Of a stretch of DNA of 64,000 bases, positions 49,360 through 60,593 are shown in pieces. The notes under the pieces are model-generated. The model saw nothing but the letters and a program-made list of their open reading frames with translations, did not search any database and was not told the DNA's origin. A program made the translations under genes and the position numbers. The stretch lies in the NCBI GenBank assembly GCA_030390025.1, contig JASTWF010000035.1:3782001-3846000 (forward strand), written 5' to 3'. The stretch comes from Squalus acanthias. Its lineage: Eukaryota. Positions within the stretch are counted from its first letter, which is position 1. Every line of letters begins with the position of its first letter.

Positions 49360-49970
49360 GGAACAGGGATGTCCTGCTGCAGTTGTACAGGGCCTTGTTG
49401 AGACCACACCTTGAGTACTGTGTGCAGTTTTGGTCACCTTATCTGAGGAAGAATGTTCTTGCCATGGAGGGAGTTCAGCGAAGATTCACAAGGCTGATAC
49501 CTGGGATGGCAGGAATGACATATGAGGAGAGATTGGGTCGATTGGGCTTATACTCGCTGGAGTATAGAAGAATGAGAGGGGATCTCATCGAAACATATAA
49601 AATTCTGACAGGTCTGGACAAACTAGATGCAGGAAGAATGTTCCCGATGGTCGGAGAGTCCAGAACCAGGGGTCATAATCTAAGGATAAGGGGTAAGCCA
49701 TTTAGGACAGAAATGAGGAGGAATTTCTTCACCCAGAGAGTGGTGAACCTGTGGAATTCTCTACCACAGAAGGTAGTTGAGGCCAAGTCATTAAATATAT
49801 TCAAGAATGAGTTAGATATATTTCTTAAAGCTAAAGGTATCAAGGGATATGGGGAGAAGGCAGGTACAGGGTACTGAGTTTGGATGATCAGCCATGATCT
49901 CATCGAATGGCGGAGCAGGCTCGAGGGGCCGAATGGCCTACTCCTGCTCCTATCTTCTATGTTTCTATGT
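49360..49970 (+). mobile_element. Young CR1 3' fragment, near-identical inverted copy of 19011-19620
   Basis: The peptide NRDVLLQLYRAL...GEKAGTGY is almost the same in both copies. Confidence 0.92.
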
Positions 49971-50154
49971 TAGAGTATTTTCCAGTCCTGTACTTCTCTA
50001 TGTTCTTGCACAGCTGGCCACAAATTCCAAGTTGAAGCCTAATCATTTCCCAAAGCTTGTTCTGATCAGATACTATGATGTTCTTTTTACTTGCAGCCAA
50101 TCTTTACATTTCACTGATTTGATAAATTATACCTTTCTTGTTTAAATCCATTAG

Positions 50155-50217
50155 GCTCTGAAGAAAAGGCCTGGCTTTTCAAAAATTCTTCATATCAAAG
50201 CAGAAAGTGTTTGTTGA
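50155..50217 (+). CDS. FBXO41: F-box only protein 41, terminal coding exon (ALKKRPGFSKILHIKAESVC*)
   Basis: Branch-like CACTGAT near 50112 and acceptor ccattag. Phase 0 joins exon 7342-7457 in frame. Matches the recalled human ending ALRRRPGFSKILHIKVEGGC*. Confidence 0.9.
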   Translation, partial: ALKKRPGFSKILHIKAESVC

Positions 50218-51850
50218 AGTTTACAAAAACAGACTGAAGCAATCTCAACTGAAACCATCATTCAGACAGCAAAATAGACTTTTCATTAATGGTCTAAAGC
50301 AAATGCTTGATCAGAAAGAGAAGCTAACAGAGTTGTAATCAGAAACCAAGTATTCAGCTCAGCTACACCTGTACAGCAACCATCATTAAACCAGTGAACC
50401 TTACGGCTACAACATCAAACCAACTAACCACCAATATAAAAAATAGAATTAAACCAACTATTTGCAATAAAACATATTGGAAACATCAGTTCAAAACCTA
50501 TTATCCAATCAAGTGAGCCAGCATTAAACCAAGTCTTCCCTCAGTGAGACGGTGTGTGTTGGAACCAGAATCAAGCCAAGTAACTTCTCAATGAGACACC
50601 CTATAATGGAGCAACATTAAATCGCCTACTGAAATCATCTGTGTTGGAACTAAGTGAGACGCATGAATGGATCCAGCACTAAACCAACTGATGTTTCTGT
50701 GTGACACTCTGTAATAGAGCCAGTATCAAACCACGTGACCTCTGAGTGGAGAGGAAAGATTAGAAAAATTCAGATTCTTCAGAATGACAGGGTACCTTAT
50801 AGAAGTGTGTAACATATCAAATTAAGTGAAACTACGGCTGGAGGACAAGGGAGACCTGAAGGTACAATCTGGTAAAAAGCAGCGTTAGGACTGAGGTCAG
50901 AAAGCAGTTTTTCACACAGTGATTCATTCTAGAGGTGGACTTCTGGGTAGGGGAGTGGAAGCCAGTTACATGATGTGTTGGTTGGACAGTAGATTTCTAT
51001 GGAAGGATGGGCTAGATGGGCCAAAATGCCACTCTCATTATGGTTATCTTTGTGAGACACCCTAAAATGGAACCACCTTGGAACCAGTGATCCTTCAGGT
51101 GAGGCTGCATTTAATGGAAACAATATCAACCCAAATGACCCCTCTGTGAATCACGCCAATAACGCTGGAACCAGTTATACTGTGGGCTGGTTTCACTGGC
51201 TCTCCAAGCCCCAGTATCAGTTAGTATGGTTCCAAATTCTCACTCACTGGCTGTGAAGTGGGAAAAGATAATGCTAACCTCTTACAGCTGCCTTGCTTTC
51301 TTTTACAGTGGGTTTCATGTCACCCACTCTGATCACGGTTTCTCCTCTTCTCATATTAATTCTAAGATGTAATTATATTTCAGTCATGAAGGCACCAATA
51401 TGCTGTGTAGATATATTTTCTGAGCTTTTTGCATAAATATTACCCTAAAGTTCATCGAGCAGGAGAATACGCAATAGTCGGAATCGGTGCTAGCTGAGTC
51501 CCTATCAGGGAGAGGGAAGCGGCTACAAGAGGCAGCAGCAGTGTTGTGCTGTAAGGTGACCCTTTATCAAACCAAGTGAGCCACCAGAGAACCAGCCAGA
51601 CTAAACTCTTTTACCAAATTGTTAAAATCAGCTTTTCAAACAATGAAACCTTGACTGAAAAGGTCATCCTTCAAATGATTATCTTTCAGATGAAGGCATC
51701 TGGCCAACCAATAAGATGGCTCCAAACTCAAGGCAGCTTCAAAACCTGAGACCCACTGAAGTCCTTAATGACGCATTAGTGCCACCTCTTCCACCAATAA
51801 GAATTCTGTGTTGATCAGTTAAACCAATAAAATCATTCTGTATGACATTA
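50218..51850 (+). other. FBXO41: Probable FBXO41 3' UTR, end uncertain; candidate AATAAA at 50466, 51826 and about 54503
   Basis: Follows the stop codon; AT-rich and poor in TEs; polyA hexamers present. Confidence 0.4.
50750..51040 (+). mobile_element. Ancient CR1 3' remnant
   Basis: gttaggactgaggtcagaaagcagtttttcacacag and gatgggccaaaatgcc. Confidence 0.5.
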
Positions 51851-52077
51851 TCTACTCGAGCAGTAAGGCAGGCCATCAGATTCTTTTTTGTTGAAACTGG
51901 TTTCCTATTGAATATGAGTTATGAAGCTGCTAAAAACCTAAACAGTTCGTCTCTAATATGTGGAATAGGCAGTGACATGGGGGGGGGGCTTTATAAAACA
52001 TTACTATCTCGTAGTATTTCTTCATAGCATTAACATACTTCAGATTATTCAGAGAATATCAATGACCCTCCAAGTTT

Positions 52078-52389
52078 CAATGTCATTGGCCCCGCAAGCC
52101 CCAATGTCATTGGCCCCGCAAGCCCCAATGTCATTGGCCCCGCAAGCCCCAATGTCATTGGCCCCGCAAGCCCCAATGTCATTGGCCCCGCAAGCCCCAA
52201 TGTCATTGGCCCCGCAAGACCCAATGTCATTGGTCCCGCAAGCCCCAATGTCATTGGTCCCGCAAGCCCCAATGTCATTGGCCCCGCAAGCCCCAATGTC
52301 ATTGGTCCCGCAAGCCCCAATGTCATTGGTCCCGCAAGCCCCAATGTCATTGGTCCCGCAAATCCCAATGTCATTGGTCCCGTAAGCCC
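52078..52389. repeat. 24-bp minisatellite, 13 copies (CAATGTCATTGGCCCCGCAAGCCC)
   Basis: Direct tandem periodicity. Confidence 0.97.
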
Positions 52390-52764
52390 CGGTATCAGTT
52401 CGTATTGTTACAAATTCTCACTCACTTTTATGATATATTATGGTGGAGTTTGGTTCCTGGAACAAAATGAATCAAAAGATATGTGCAGATATTCCAAAGC
52501 CAAGTACTATATATGTTCATGAGCATTTGCAGTAAATCAAATATATGCACATTCAGTAAATCATATTTAAAATATACAACTGCAAATTGATCATTCAAAA
52601 TCTGTTTAGAGTGGGAATAATTGTAATCGTACTGTGCAAGCCCATTACAGTCACAGTCCAGCATATTGTAATGTGCAAGGTACATTATGTTCACAGTGAA
52701 ACACAGTACTGAAGCTGTGTGCTCCATTAGTATAAACCGTGCCCTGTATGATCATGATGGAGCT

Positions 52765-53172
52765 GCACCACGGCAGCTAGGGGAATTTAAATGCAGTTAA
52801 TTAAATAAATCTGGAATTAAAAACCTAGTATCAGTAATGGTGATAATGAAACGACTGGATTGTTGTAAAAACCCATCTGGTTTACTAATGTCCTTCAGGG
52901 AAGGAAACCTGCCACCCTTACTCAATCTGGCCTCTTTGTGACTCCAGCAATGTGGTTGACTCTTAACTGCCCTCTGAAATGGCCTAGCAAGCCACTCAAT
53001 TGTACTAAACCACTATGTCAAAGTCAGCACTGTGGGAGTACCTTCACCACAAGGACTGCAGGGGTTCAAGAAGGTGGCTCACCACCACCTTCTCAAGGGC
53101 AATTAGGGATGAGCAATAAATGCCGGCCTTGCCAGTGACGCCCTCATCCTGTGAACGAATAAATAAAAAAAA
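52765..53172 (+). mobile_element. SINE (head degraded or truncated) with a 3' tail matching the CR1/L2-group LINE
   Basis: Non-coding body, then 53026-53172, which matches the LINE terminus at 24503-24647; A-rich end. Confidence 0.7.
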
Positions 53173-53662
53173 CTGCAAGGCCCTTTACAGTCATGGCCCA
53201 AGATATGAAACTAGCTTCTGCAGGCTCTATAATTAACATTGCATCATGATGTAGAGTAAAGAAAGCTATACAGTTAGAAATGTTCAGTTATACATAGGGT
53301 TATGAGGGATTATATGTTGTTGACTGCTGCTGGACAGACTGCTGTTAATATTCATTTGAGGTATAATAATCGTCCTGATTAGTGGGATGTCACTGACGAG
53401 GACATGTCCTTGGTTTTGTGTAAGTGTACTGCATGTGCCTAGTGAGAGTCTGATGCATTTATTCTGAATCAGTGTTGATATTAATTATTACCAGTGTAAA
53501 CTGACAGTGTCAGAGCTGTGCCAATCTGTCCAGGGTGCCCTCACAAATGTGACTTTTTGTAAAGATAAATTGTTTAACTAAGCATTTACATGTTGGGGGA
53601 AATATTAGTAGGCTGGTAAAATGTTATTTATATGTTGTAGGAATAGATTTAACTTTTTATAA

Positions 53663-53684
53663 ATATATATATATATATATATAT
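53663..53684. repeat. (AT)n microsatellite
   Basis: Direct. Confidence 0.9.
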
Positions 53685-53910
53685 TTAATCTTCTTCAGAC
53701 ATTAATTGAAAATGGAAATACCAGTTTGAAAAGCCCTGAAGATTAAATATTTATAAGATGTAGTGGGACTGAATTCAGAGACTTTAGAAGTCCAAGATCT
53801 ACAAGCTACATTCATTTGTTGTTTAAGATTCTATCTATTGCAGACATGCTCATGTATACTGTCCATCTGCCATTTTTGATGTTGAACTTTCTTATGCTGT
53901 ATTCTCGCTG

Positions 53911-53954
53911 TCTCTTTCTCTCTCGCTCTGTCTCTCTCTCTCTCTCTCTCTCTC
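53911..53954. repeat. Imperfect (TC)n microsatellite
   Basis: Direct. Confidence 0.85.
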
Positions 53955-54941
53955 CCTGTTAGCATGTTTAAAGCACAGTCTAAAAAAAAATGTTGGTAAT
54001 TTTCAATATGATGATGGGTGTTAATCTTGCAGTATTTTTAACTGTTCAATGCCTCACTTCAGTGTTTTTGTTCTCTATTTATATTTGAGCTGCAGATTTG
54101 GAGCTGAACGTCACTAAATGGTTTTGATGCAGTTATTCCATCATTCACATGAAATTTCCTTCCTTCTTTTGATCTCGAATTGGCCTAGGCTGTAAAGCAA
54201 CAGGTTGACACCAGATATCTATACTAGCCTCATATAAAAGGAAAGCCTTTCTCATCCTGTGTAGAGTCCTGTGCAGTTTTGCAGAGGCAGCACAGAAAGT
54301 CTCTAAAATGTAAACTGGGCACCAAAAATAAGTCTGTAACACGGTCTGTATTTTGTTTCTGTGAATTGTGATGCCTGTGCTCCCAGTAACATCCTGGCAT
54401 CAGGTCATCCAGGAGATAGTGATGCTGCTCCACACCTCCACACATCCTTCAATGCTGTAGCTTGTGATTAGCTATTAGCTATTGCCACAATTTTCTTATC
54501 CCAATAAATCTCTTTGAAATAATCATTAATAGAAAAACTGCTTCCAGGAATTCTGCCAAAGGTCAGTTTTAGACTTCACAATGAGGGGAACCCGAATGTC
54601 ATCTGTCTCGTGTCCCATGCCTGAACCGAGTTAAACCAGCCTGTGGTCACATTCAGTTAGGATTACTCTGATTCAATCTAAATCTCATTTATCTGGGAAG
54701 GTAGAGTATAAACAGGATATTGTGATACTAATGTTACATAAAAACTCTGCACCTTAGCAGGGAGACTGAGAGGATACTCTAAATATACATTAGTGTGAAT
54801 TGGAGGTGGACAGCCTACAAATAGATCTTTATAGGCTACAAACCCCAGTGCTTTATGTCACTTAAATCTGTGTTGCGACAATTAGGATGAATTAATCAGT
54901 AAGGTAATGGATGTCCAGGAATGAATTACAGGTTCTGAACC

Positions 54942-57240
54942 TGGGCCTAAAAATTCAGTTGCACCCAAAATCTGGATGTGAGCTGCAGGTGCCTGTTAGT
55001 GTTGTCCCAGGGAGCATGTAATATTCAGGACTCGGGCGCAGCCAGCACTACCCGCGCTATTCATTGGTTGCACGCCTGGTTTGGGGGCGGGTATCGGGTG
55101 TCTCTGACGCCACCTAAAGGGGAGGTGAACTCTGGTTGCCGACACCAGGGGAAAGTGTCTGAACAGAGAGATGGTTACAGCAAATACTGAGAAGGAACCA
55201 AGGTTCTCCAATGCTGCCTTGGAGGCCCTGGTGCAGGGAGTGAGCAGGAGGAGGGACATCCTCTTTCCTCCGGTTGCAGAAAGCCCTCCAGGCGATAACT
55301 TCCTCGCCAGTGTGAAGACATCACTGGGAGGTCAATGCCAGGAGCTTAGCTCTAAGGACATGGCTGTAATGCCAAAAGTAGTTCAGTCACCTCACCAGAG
55401 TTATCAAGGTAACAATACTGCTCTCTGCTCACACCTCCAGCCTCACTTCTCACAGTATGCCCCTCCCCCGCTTCCCTTCACTTCCTACAATCATTGCATA
55501 ACACTTCGCTACACTTCCTTCTCCTCATACTCACCACTATTGCAACCTCACATCTTCCACACTGCATACCAGCTATTCGACTATTATAGGCACATTCTCT
55601 AAACACCTCACATGACTGTCACTAACACACTCCTTTCATTCTTGCAGGAGAAGCTTGCAAACTGGGGCTTAATTATTAGGTTGCACAAACTTGGCTTGTA
55701 ATCCCTTGAGTATAGGAGATTGAGGGGTGATCTGATCAAGGTATTTAAAATGTTAAAAGGATTTGATAGGGTAGATAGAGAGAAACTATTTCCTCTGGTG
55801 GGGGAAGTCAAAAACAAGGGGCAAAACCTTAAAATTAGTGCAGTGCCATTCAGGAGCAAAATCAGGAAGCACTTCTTCACACAAAGTGTAGTGAAAATCT
55901 GGAATTCTCTCCCCAAAAGCCAGTGGATGTTGGGATATTTGGTGCTTTCAAGACTGAGATTGATAGATTTCTTTTAGACAAGGGTATTAAGGATGTGGAA
56001 CCAAGGTGGGTAAATGGAGTTAAGATACAGATCAGCCCTGATCTAATGGAATGGCGGAACAGGCTCGAGGGCTGCATGGCCTCCTTCTGTTCCTATGTCC
56101 ATGCAACTTGAGACAGGAGGCATCCACTAGGGGAGGAGGAACTCGGCTGCGCACCCTCTCCCCCTCGAAGAGAGCACGTTGGCCATCGTGCACAGCAAGA
56201 GTCGAGGCCATGGCGAGTGGCAACGCTGGAGGAGATGTCAGGCAGGGTTTATCTTCTTTTTTTCTCTTATTTATATTTCACCCTACACACTCTGCATGGC
56301 AAACTGCAGATACTTTCAACACCCACTTCTGTCTCTGTCCTGCCTCTCACCACAAGCTAACCCTTGTCCCTCTCTTTCATTTCAGGTGTTGAACATGTGG
56401 ACGCCCCTCTGCTAGTGGAGGAAGAGGAGCCCAGCCTTCCTGAAGATGCTCCGTCACTCGATCTCACCGTAGCAACCACCAGGTCAGGTGCTGGCCTCAA
56501 AGTTACTTTAGAGGCAAGGTTAGAGGAGGGATCTTTACATGGTGACTTACCGGTCACAAGTGCGCAGGACCTAGGGCAGGGGGATAGGACAGCACAGGTG
56601 CCAGTTCGCCGGAGGGCGAGGTCACATACTCGCTTTGCTGCAGAGGACTCAGATGCTGACTTTGAGGCCCAGCCTACCAAAGGAAGCTGATGGGCATCTA
56701 CCAGGGGAAATGAGGAGAATGCTGGGTTCACTGGGCAGCCTGCCAGCGAGCTTGTGCACAATGTCACAGAGCATGGAGGAATCCAACTTCAACTTGTGTC
56801 AAGGCTTTATGTAGAGCATGGACACCATTCTGTCGAACATGGAGCGAGTAGTCCGCTCTGTCAATGCAACAGTGGCGCCCCCCACACCCCCAGTCATGGA
56901 GCCTCTCCTGACAGCTCTCACAGCTGCCACAGAAGCTCAGACAGCTGCCATCTTGGCTTTGTGGCCACTGTTGAAAGGGACTTCCTGACCATCACCTCAC
57001 TCCCACACTCGAGCAGAGCAGCAGGAGTGCTGAGGCTCAGTCCCAGGTGAGTGGCCTTGGCTCCATGGGAGAGGCACCTGCTCCTCCACCACCCACTCTG
57101 CCAGTGACCTTGTTAGTGCCACACAACCAGCTGGGCCAGACTGCCCCGGTTGCCCATCACAACCATTTGGTGTCCTCAATGGATGCTCTGCAGCCTTCCA
57201 CCTTCCAAGCTGCAGCCATTGAGGAGATACGTTGCAGGAG
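54942..57240 (+). mobile_element. Decayed Harbinger transposon carrying a spliced Myb/SANT-like gene remnant
   Basis: TIR-like start GGGCCTAAAAATTCAG; KEPRFSNAALEALVQGVSRRRDILF; donor AAG|GTAAC near 55408; acceptor TTGCAG then EKLA...NLRQEASTRGGG; further acceptor at about 56386; frameshifted. Confidence 0.65.
55660..56100 (+). mobile_element. CR1 3' fragment inserted in the Myb/SANT exon
   Basis: RGDLIKVFKMLKG...FFTQSVVKIWNSLP plus 3' UTR. Confidence 0.88.
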
Positions 57241-57499
57241 CTTTCTGTCTGCCAACCAGTTCTCTATCCAAGTCAATACCTTGCCCCCAATCCCATGTGC
57301 CTTAACTTTACACGCTAATCTCTTATGCGGGACCTTATCGAAAGCCTTTTGAAAGTCCAAATACACCACATCCACTGGTTCTCCCTTATCTATTTTACCA
57401 GTTACATCCTCAAAAAATTCCAGTAGATTAGTCAAGCACGATTTGCCTTTTGTAAATCCATGTTAACTTTGTCCGATCCTGTCACTGTTTTCCAAGTGC

Positions 57500-59113
57500 T
57501 CAGCTATTACATCTTTTATAATGGACTCTAGCATTTTCCACACTACCGATGTCGGGGATGTAATTCCCCGTTTTCTCTATACCACCTTTTTTGAATAGTG
57601 GGGTAACATTAGCTACTCTCCAATCCATGGGTATTGTTCCAGATTCCATCGAATGTTGGAAGATTATCAGCAATGCATCTACTATTTCTAGGGCCAATTC
57701 CTTAAGTACCCTAGGATGTAGCTTATCAGGCCCTGGGGATTTATCGGTCTTCAATCCCATCAATTTCCCTAACACCATTTCCCTACAAATACTGATTTCT
57801 TTCAGTTCCTCCCTTTCATCAGACCCTATGTTCCCTGACATCTCTGGGAGGTTATTTCTGTCCTCCTTTGTGAAGACAGAACCAAAATATGTATTTAATT
57901 GGTCTGCCATTTCTTTGTTCCCCATTATAAGTTCCCCTGATTCTGACTGCAAGGGACCTACGTTTGACTTCACCAATCTTTTTCTCTTCACATATCTATA
58001 AAAGCTTTTACAGTCAGTTTTTATGTTCCCTGTAAGCTTCCTCTCATATTCTATTTTCCCACTCTTAATTAATCCCTTTGTCCTCCTTTGTTGAATCCTA
58101 AACTGCTCCCAATCCTCAGGTTTACTGCTTTTTCTGGCCAATTTATATGTCCTCTCCTTGGATCTTATGCTATCCCTAATTTCCCTTGTTAGCCACGGTT
58201 GAGTCACCTCTTTTGTTTTATTCTTATGCCAAACTGGGATGAACAAATTCTGTAGTTCATCCATGCGGTCTTTGAATGTTTGCCATTGCCTATCCACCGT
58301 CAACCCTTTGAGTGACATTCCCCAATCAATCCTACCCAACTCGCGCCTCATACCATCGTAGTTTCCTTTATTTAAATTCAGGACCCTAGTCTCTGAGTCA
58401 ACTACTTCACTCTCCATCTTAATGAAGAATTCTATCATATTATGATCGCTCCGACCCAAAGGGCCTCGTACAACAATATTGCTAATTAATCCTTTCTCAT
58501 TACATAATACCCAGTCTAAGATGGCCTGATCTCTGGTTGGTTCCTCGACATATTGGTCCAGGAAACCATCCCGTAAACACTCCAGGAATTCCTCCTCCAC
58601 AGTATTGTTACTAATTTGGTTAGCCCAATCTATATGTAGATTAAATTCACCCATGATGATTGCTGTGCCCTTATTACACGCTTCTCTAATTTCCCTTTTA
58701 ATGCCATCCCCAACCTCCGCATTACTGTTTGGAGGTCTATATACCACTCCCACTAACGTTTTCTGCCCCTTGGTATTTCTCAGTTCTACCCATACATATT
58801 CCACATCATCAGAGCTAATATCCTTCCTTACAATTGTGTTAATCCCCGCTTTAACCAGCAATGCTACCCCACCTCCCTTTCCTTTTTGCCTATCTTTCCT
58901 GAATATTGAATACCCCTGGATGTTGAGTTCCCAGCCTTGGCCACCCTGGAGCCATGTTTCCGTAATCCCAATCAAATCATATTCGTTTACCTCTATTTGC
59001 GCAGCTAATTCATCCACCTTATTCCGAATGCTCCTCGCATTAAGACACAAAGCCTTCAGGCTTGTTTTTTTAACGCTCTTAGACCTATTAGAATTATTAT
59101 TTACTGTGGCCAT
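57500..59113 (-). pseudogene. CR1 ORF2 APE endonuclease and linker
   Basis: LNARSIRNK, ITETW, VYRPP, MGEFN (catalytic D>E), SDH; a deletion shifts the frame at the start of RT. Confidence 0.88.
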
Positions 59114-59260
59114 GTTTGATTTAAACCGTTGATTTCTCTGACTGCCACTTTTGTTTTTCTCCTTCCTATCTTTTGCTTTTATCCTTGTTTCCCTTTCCTC
59201 TGTCTCCCTGCTCAGGTTCCCAACCCCCTGCCATTTTAGTTTAAACCTTCCCCCAGAGCA

Positions 59261-60187
59261 CTAGCAAACACTCCCCCTAGGACATCGGTCCCGGCCCTGC
59301 CCAGGTGCAAACCGTCCGGTTTGTAGTGGTTCCCACCTCCCCCAGAACCGGTTCCAATGTCCCAGGAATTTGAATCCCTCCCCCTTGCACCATTCCTCCA
59401 GCCACGTATTCATCTGAAATATCCTTCTATTTCTACTCTGACTAGCACGTGGCACTGGTAGCAATCCTGAGATTACTACCTTTGAGGTCCTATTTTTTAA
59501 TTTACCTCCTAACTCCCTATATTCAGCTTTTAGGACCTCATCCCCTTTTTTACCTATATCGTTGGTACCTATATGCAGCACGACAACTGGCTGTTCACCC
59601 TCCCCTTCCAAAATGTTCTGCAGCCGCTCCGAGACATCCTTGACCCTTGCACCAGGGAGGCAACACACCATCCTGGAGTCTCGTTTGCAGCCGCAGAAAC
59701 GTCTATCTATTCCCCTTACAATAGAATCCCCTATCACTATAGCTCTACCCCACTTTTTCCTTCCGTCCTGTGCAGCAGAGCCACCCCTGGTGCCAGGAAG
59801 TTGGCTGCTGCTGCCTTCCTCTGATAAGCCATCCCCCCCAACAGTATTCAAAGTGATATATCTGTTTGAGAGGGGGATGTCCACAGGGGACTCCTGCACT
59901 ACCTGCCTGCGCCTACTACTCTGTCTGTTGGTCACCCATTCCCTTTCTGCCTGTGCATCCTTTACCTGCGGTGTGACCAACTGCTCAAACGTGATATCCA
60001 CGACGTCCTCAGCATTGCGAATGGTCCAGTATGTATCCAATCGCAGCTCCAGCGCCGCAATGCGGTCTGCCAGTAGCTGTAGCTGGATACACTTCCTGCA
60101 CACATGGTTGTCAGGGGCACAGGAAGTGTCCCTGAGTTCCCACATAGCGCAGGAGGAGCATACCATGGGGCCGAGCTCTCCTGCCAT
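59261..60187 (-). pseudogene. CR1 ORF1p (CxxC...CxxC zinc finger, leucine zipper, SGNH/GDSL esterase), frameshifted near the C-terminus
   Basis: CSSC...CRKC, LELRL, IVIGDSIVRG, CLPGA, HIGTND; the expected DGLH motif is out of frame. Confidence 0.88.
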
Positions 60188-60593
60188 GACTTACCCTTTA
60201 ATTAATTCAAATTAAATTAAATCAAATCAATCCCACCAATTACACTACAGTTAAATGATATACTTAAAGGCCCTGGTTTACCAACAGTCCCCGCTACACC
60301 ATAGAGAGCTTAGAAACTATAAACCACAGAGTTTAAGTTTAAAAAGAGAGAAATACTCACCAACCAATCACTTACCTGCTTTCTGGTGACGTCACACTTC
60401 GATTACTTTTTACTTCTCTCCCTCTCTGAGCTCGGAGATCGGTAAGCCTACCTGGTCTCTGCCTCCTCTTTTAAACCTCGCCGTCGCCACCTCATTTCCC
60501 GCAGGTCCGCCGCCGCTCTGAGGCCTACCTGGTCTCTGCCGCCTCTTTTAAACCTCGCCGTCGCCGCTTCGTTTCCCGCAGGTCCGCCGCCGC

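Larger units (their letters stand above)
7458..50154 (+). other. FBXO41: Last coding intron of FBXO41, about 42.7 kb, almost entirely nested transposons
   Basis: GT...AG boundaries between two exons that join in frame. Confidence 0.85.
57241..60593 (-). mobile_element. CR1 with 5' UTR, ORF1 and the ORF2 N-terminal half; 3' end missing
   Basis: ORF1 59261-60187, ORF2 57500-59113, RT cut after WLADRK. Confidence 0.93.

Noticed and set aside
51972..52385. ORFs of (MSLAPQAP)n and (MTLGLAGP)n
   Set aside because: Translation of a 24-bp minisatellite; no other coding evidence.
53911..53962. Strong pyrimidine tract plus AG as a further exon acceptor
   Set aside because: It is a (TC)n microsatellite downstream of the stop codon with no convincing exon after it.
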